64,000 nucleotides of DNA from NCBI GenBank assembly GCA_013239625.1, contig MU053629.1, forward strand, positions 3,313,567-3,377,566, given 5' to 3'. Source of the DNA: Lama guanicoe (lineage: Eukaryota). Shown here piece after piece: positions 61,865-64,000 of this stretch. How positions within the stretch are numbered: the stretch's first letter is position 1; every line of letters begins with the position of its first letter. The notes beneath the pieces are model-generated. The model worked only from the letters and a program-made list of their open reading frames with translations. It had not been told where the DNA came from and did no database searches. The translations under genes were made by a program, and so were the position numbers.

Positions 61865-63660
61865 GGCAGCCCACTTTCATATTGTAAAGTAACAAGGTTG
61901 TTTCCCTACATGTTGGGTAAACACACTCCAGGGGCAAGATTTTCTCTCTACTGCCTAGTCCCATTGATTGAGTGCCACCTTCCTGCCATTGCTTTGCCCC
62001 TGGACTGGAAGGAAACTCTGAGACAGACAGACTATGTCTGAAAGACCCTCCCAAGCCCGCCCCACTGCCCGCCACAGTGAGCACCAAATACATTTTCACT
62101 GGTTGGCGATTTATATGCACTGAGTGTTTCTGGGACCTGGGCTGTATTTCAACCTCCAACAGACTCCCCTGGACATTATAATCTGGCAACAGCAAGCGGA
62201 CCTGTCCCAGCAGGGTTTACCTAATCCAAGTCAGAGAGTTCCTCACCAAAGATTCATTGAAGACCAAGTTACACAAAACAAAACACAGACAAGGGGGGAA
62301 AAATGCTCTCAAACATTTCAGCCAGCAGGTTTCCTGGAGTTCACAGAAAGACAGCTTGAACACATTCCTTTAACTCAACGTGTCCCTCAGGTTTACTTTT
62401 CGTTGTTGTCTGGAGGAGTCCCTGATTCTCAGCACGACTTACCTCAAAGCAGTGAAACAGGTGGAGGAGGAGACTGCCATTGTCCCTGAACGTCCCAACA
62501 CACTGGAGAGAGTCTGGAGAACCCCAAACAGATCCTGGACTCCCCAAGCCTAGATAACCACCCAGGCTCAAACAAAACCACATCCAATAGCTTGTCTCGG
62601 CTGGTATGTACCCATGTACTGCTTAGGCAGGGAGGTTCCAATCAAGGTCTTTGGAAAAAAAGGACCCTAACTGGATGTTTCTGCCCCAGCAGAGAGTGGA
62701 AAAGGACAAGAGCACCACATTGGGCCAATGTGGACCCAACATTCCTTCTCCAAGTTGTCATGACCATTGCAGTCACTCCTGGACAGGCAACAGGGGATGA
62801 CTCCCAAAGATGCATAAATAACAAGAGTTAGACCCCCACTGGATCAGCTGAGCCATGTCATCTACTCAAGTCACAATAAGAAAGACACCATCCCAGCTCA
62901 AAGCAAGAAGAAAACTGGGCTTCGACACTGATCAAGGGTGCCGCTGATATCAAATAAAACCACGACATTAACCAGTCATTGACTGCAAACTGTGCCACTG
63001 GAAAGAGGGTCATCTGTGAGTATTTGGAGGAAATGAGCCAAAGGGGAAGGATTTGCTTCAGTTGGACTCTTGGCAGAGAATTTCTCCAGGCAGCTGCCAG
63101 GTCTACCCTGCCCACTTGGCGGCCAGGCTCGCAGAAGAGTCGATGCCCACGGTGCCTGCCGTGGGTCATCCCGTCAAGAGCATTCGCCTCACTGGTGCTC
63201 ACCCGGAAGCCTTCCCCAGGGAACGTGAACAGTCTACCCAGAGAGGCGTGGGAACACAGCAACCGGCCCCTACAGGCATCCCATTCTCCTACCTTTGGGG
63301 ACACAGAGGCATCCCAGTGCCCGCCAGTCTCATGACTCAGTCCCCTGAGCCTCTGGGAGCACCCACCAAACTGAGCCTTTGGACCAGCAAAGCTGAGCAC
63401 CAGACCATGACCCACAGTGGTCTCCCGGGTCTGCACCCTTGGGTGGCATCTCAATTTCACGTCAACCCTCAACGACCTTTTCCAGAAGCGTTTCATCAAA
63501 AGTCAGAGTCGTACAGATGACCCCACAAATTCCCCATATACGTGATACACAATTTCCCTCCAGACCCCCATAAACCCATGAGCCCTCCACCCCAAGTACC
63601 ATCATGTACTAAACTGTGGTCTGTTTCTTCCTTGATGCCCACAATCGCCTAGGCAGCTCA

Positions 63661-63966
<306 letters not shown>

Positions 63967-64000
63967 TCACCGACTTTGGGGAACATCAAGCTACACCTGG

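Noticed and set aside
62858..63499. Longest ORF in the window (213 aa, minus strand)
   Set aside because: No recognisable domain or Cys pattern and no clear exon boundaries; consistent with chance in GC-rich intron.

Overview
Mammalian genomic DNA, almost certainly from a camelid (alpaca, llama or camel): it carries five tRNA-derived SINEs of the camelid Vic-1 type and young L1 3' ends. The only credible coding sequence is a 93-bp minus-strand exon of MEGF11 (63753-63845, one EGF-like module, phase 1-1, canonical AG/GT sites). The remaining ~63.7 kb downstream is part of one very long MEGF11 intron. That intron holds many interspersed repeats (MIR, L2, L1, MaLR/MLT1 LTRs, hAT and Tigger relics), simple repeats and several non-repetitive blocks that look regulatory. 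I found no prokaryotic-type system, CRISPR array or novel protein-coding gene; the other ORFs are chance or repeat-derived. Best leads: (1) a ~1-kb moderate-GC but CpG-retaining, homeobox-motif-rich element (31.4-32.4 kb); (2) two candidate stop-carrying (poison) cryptic exons with strong splice sites (30475-30612, 62443-62502); (3) the apparent orthologue of human MIR4311 with an altered seed; (4) an old L1 fragment that has kept its CpGs; (5) a four-level nested transposon cluster containing a long-TIR DNA element I cannot assign to a family. Repeat family names come from my recollection of consensus sequences, not a database search. Repeat boundaries are approximate and CpG counts were done by hand.
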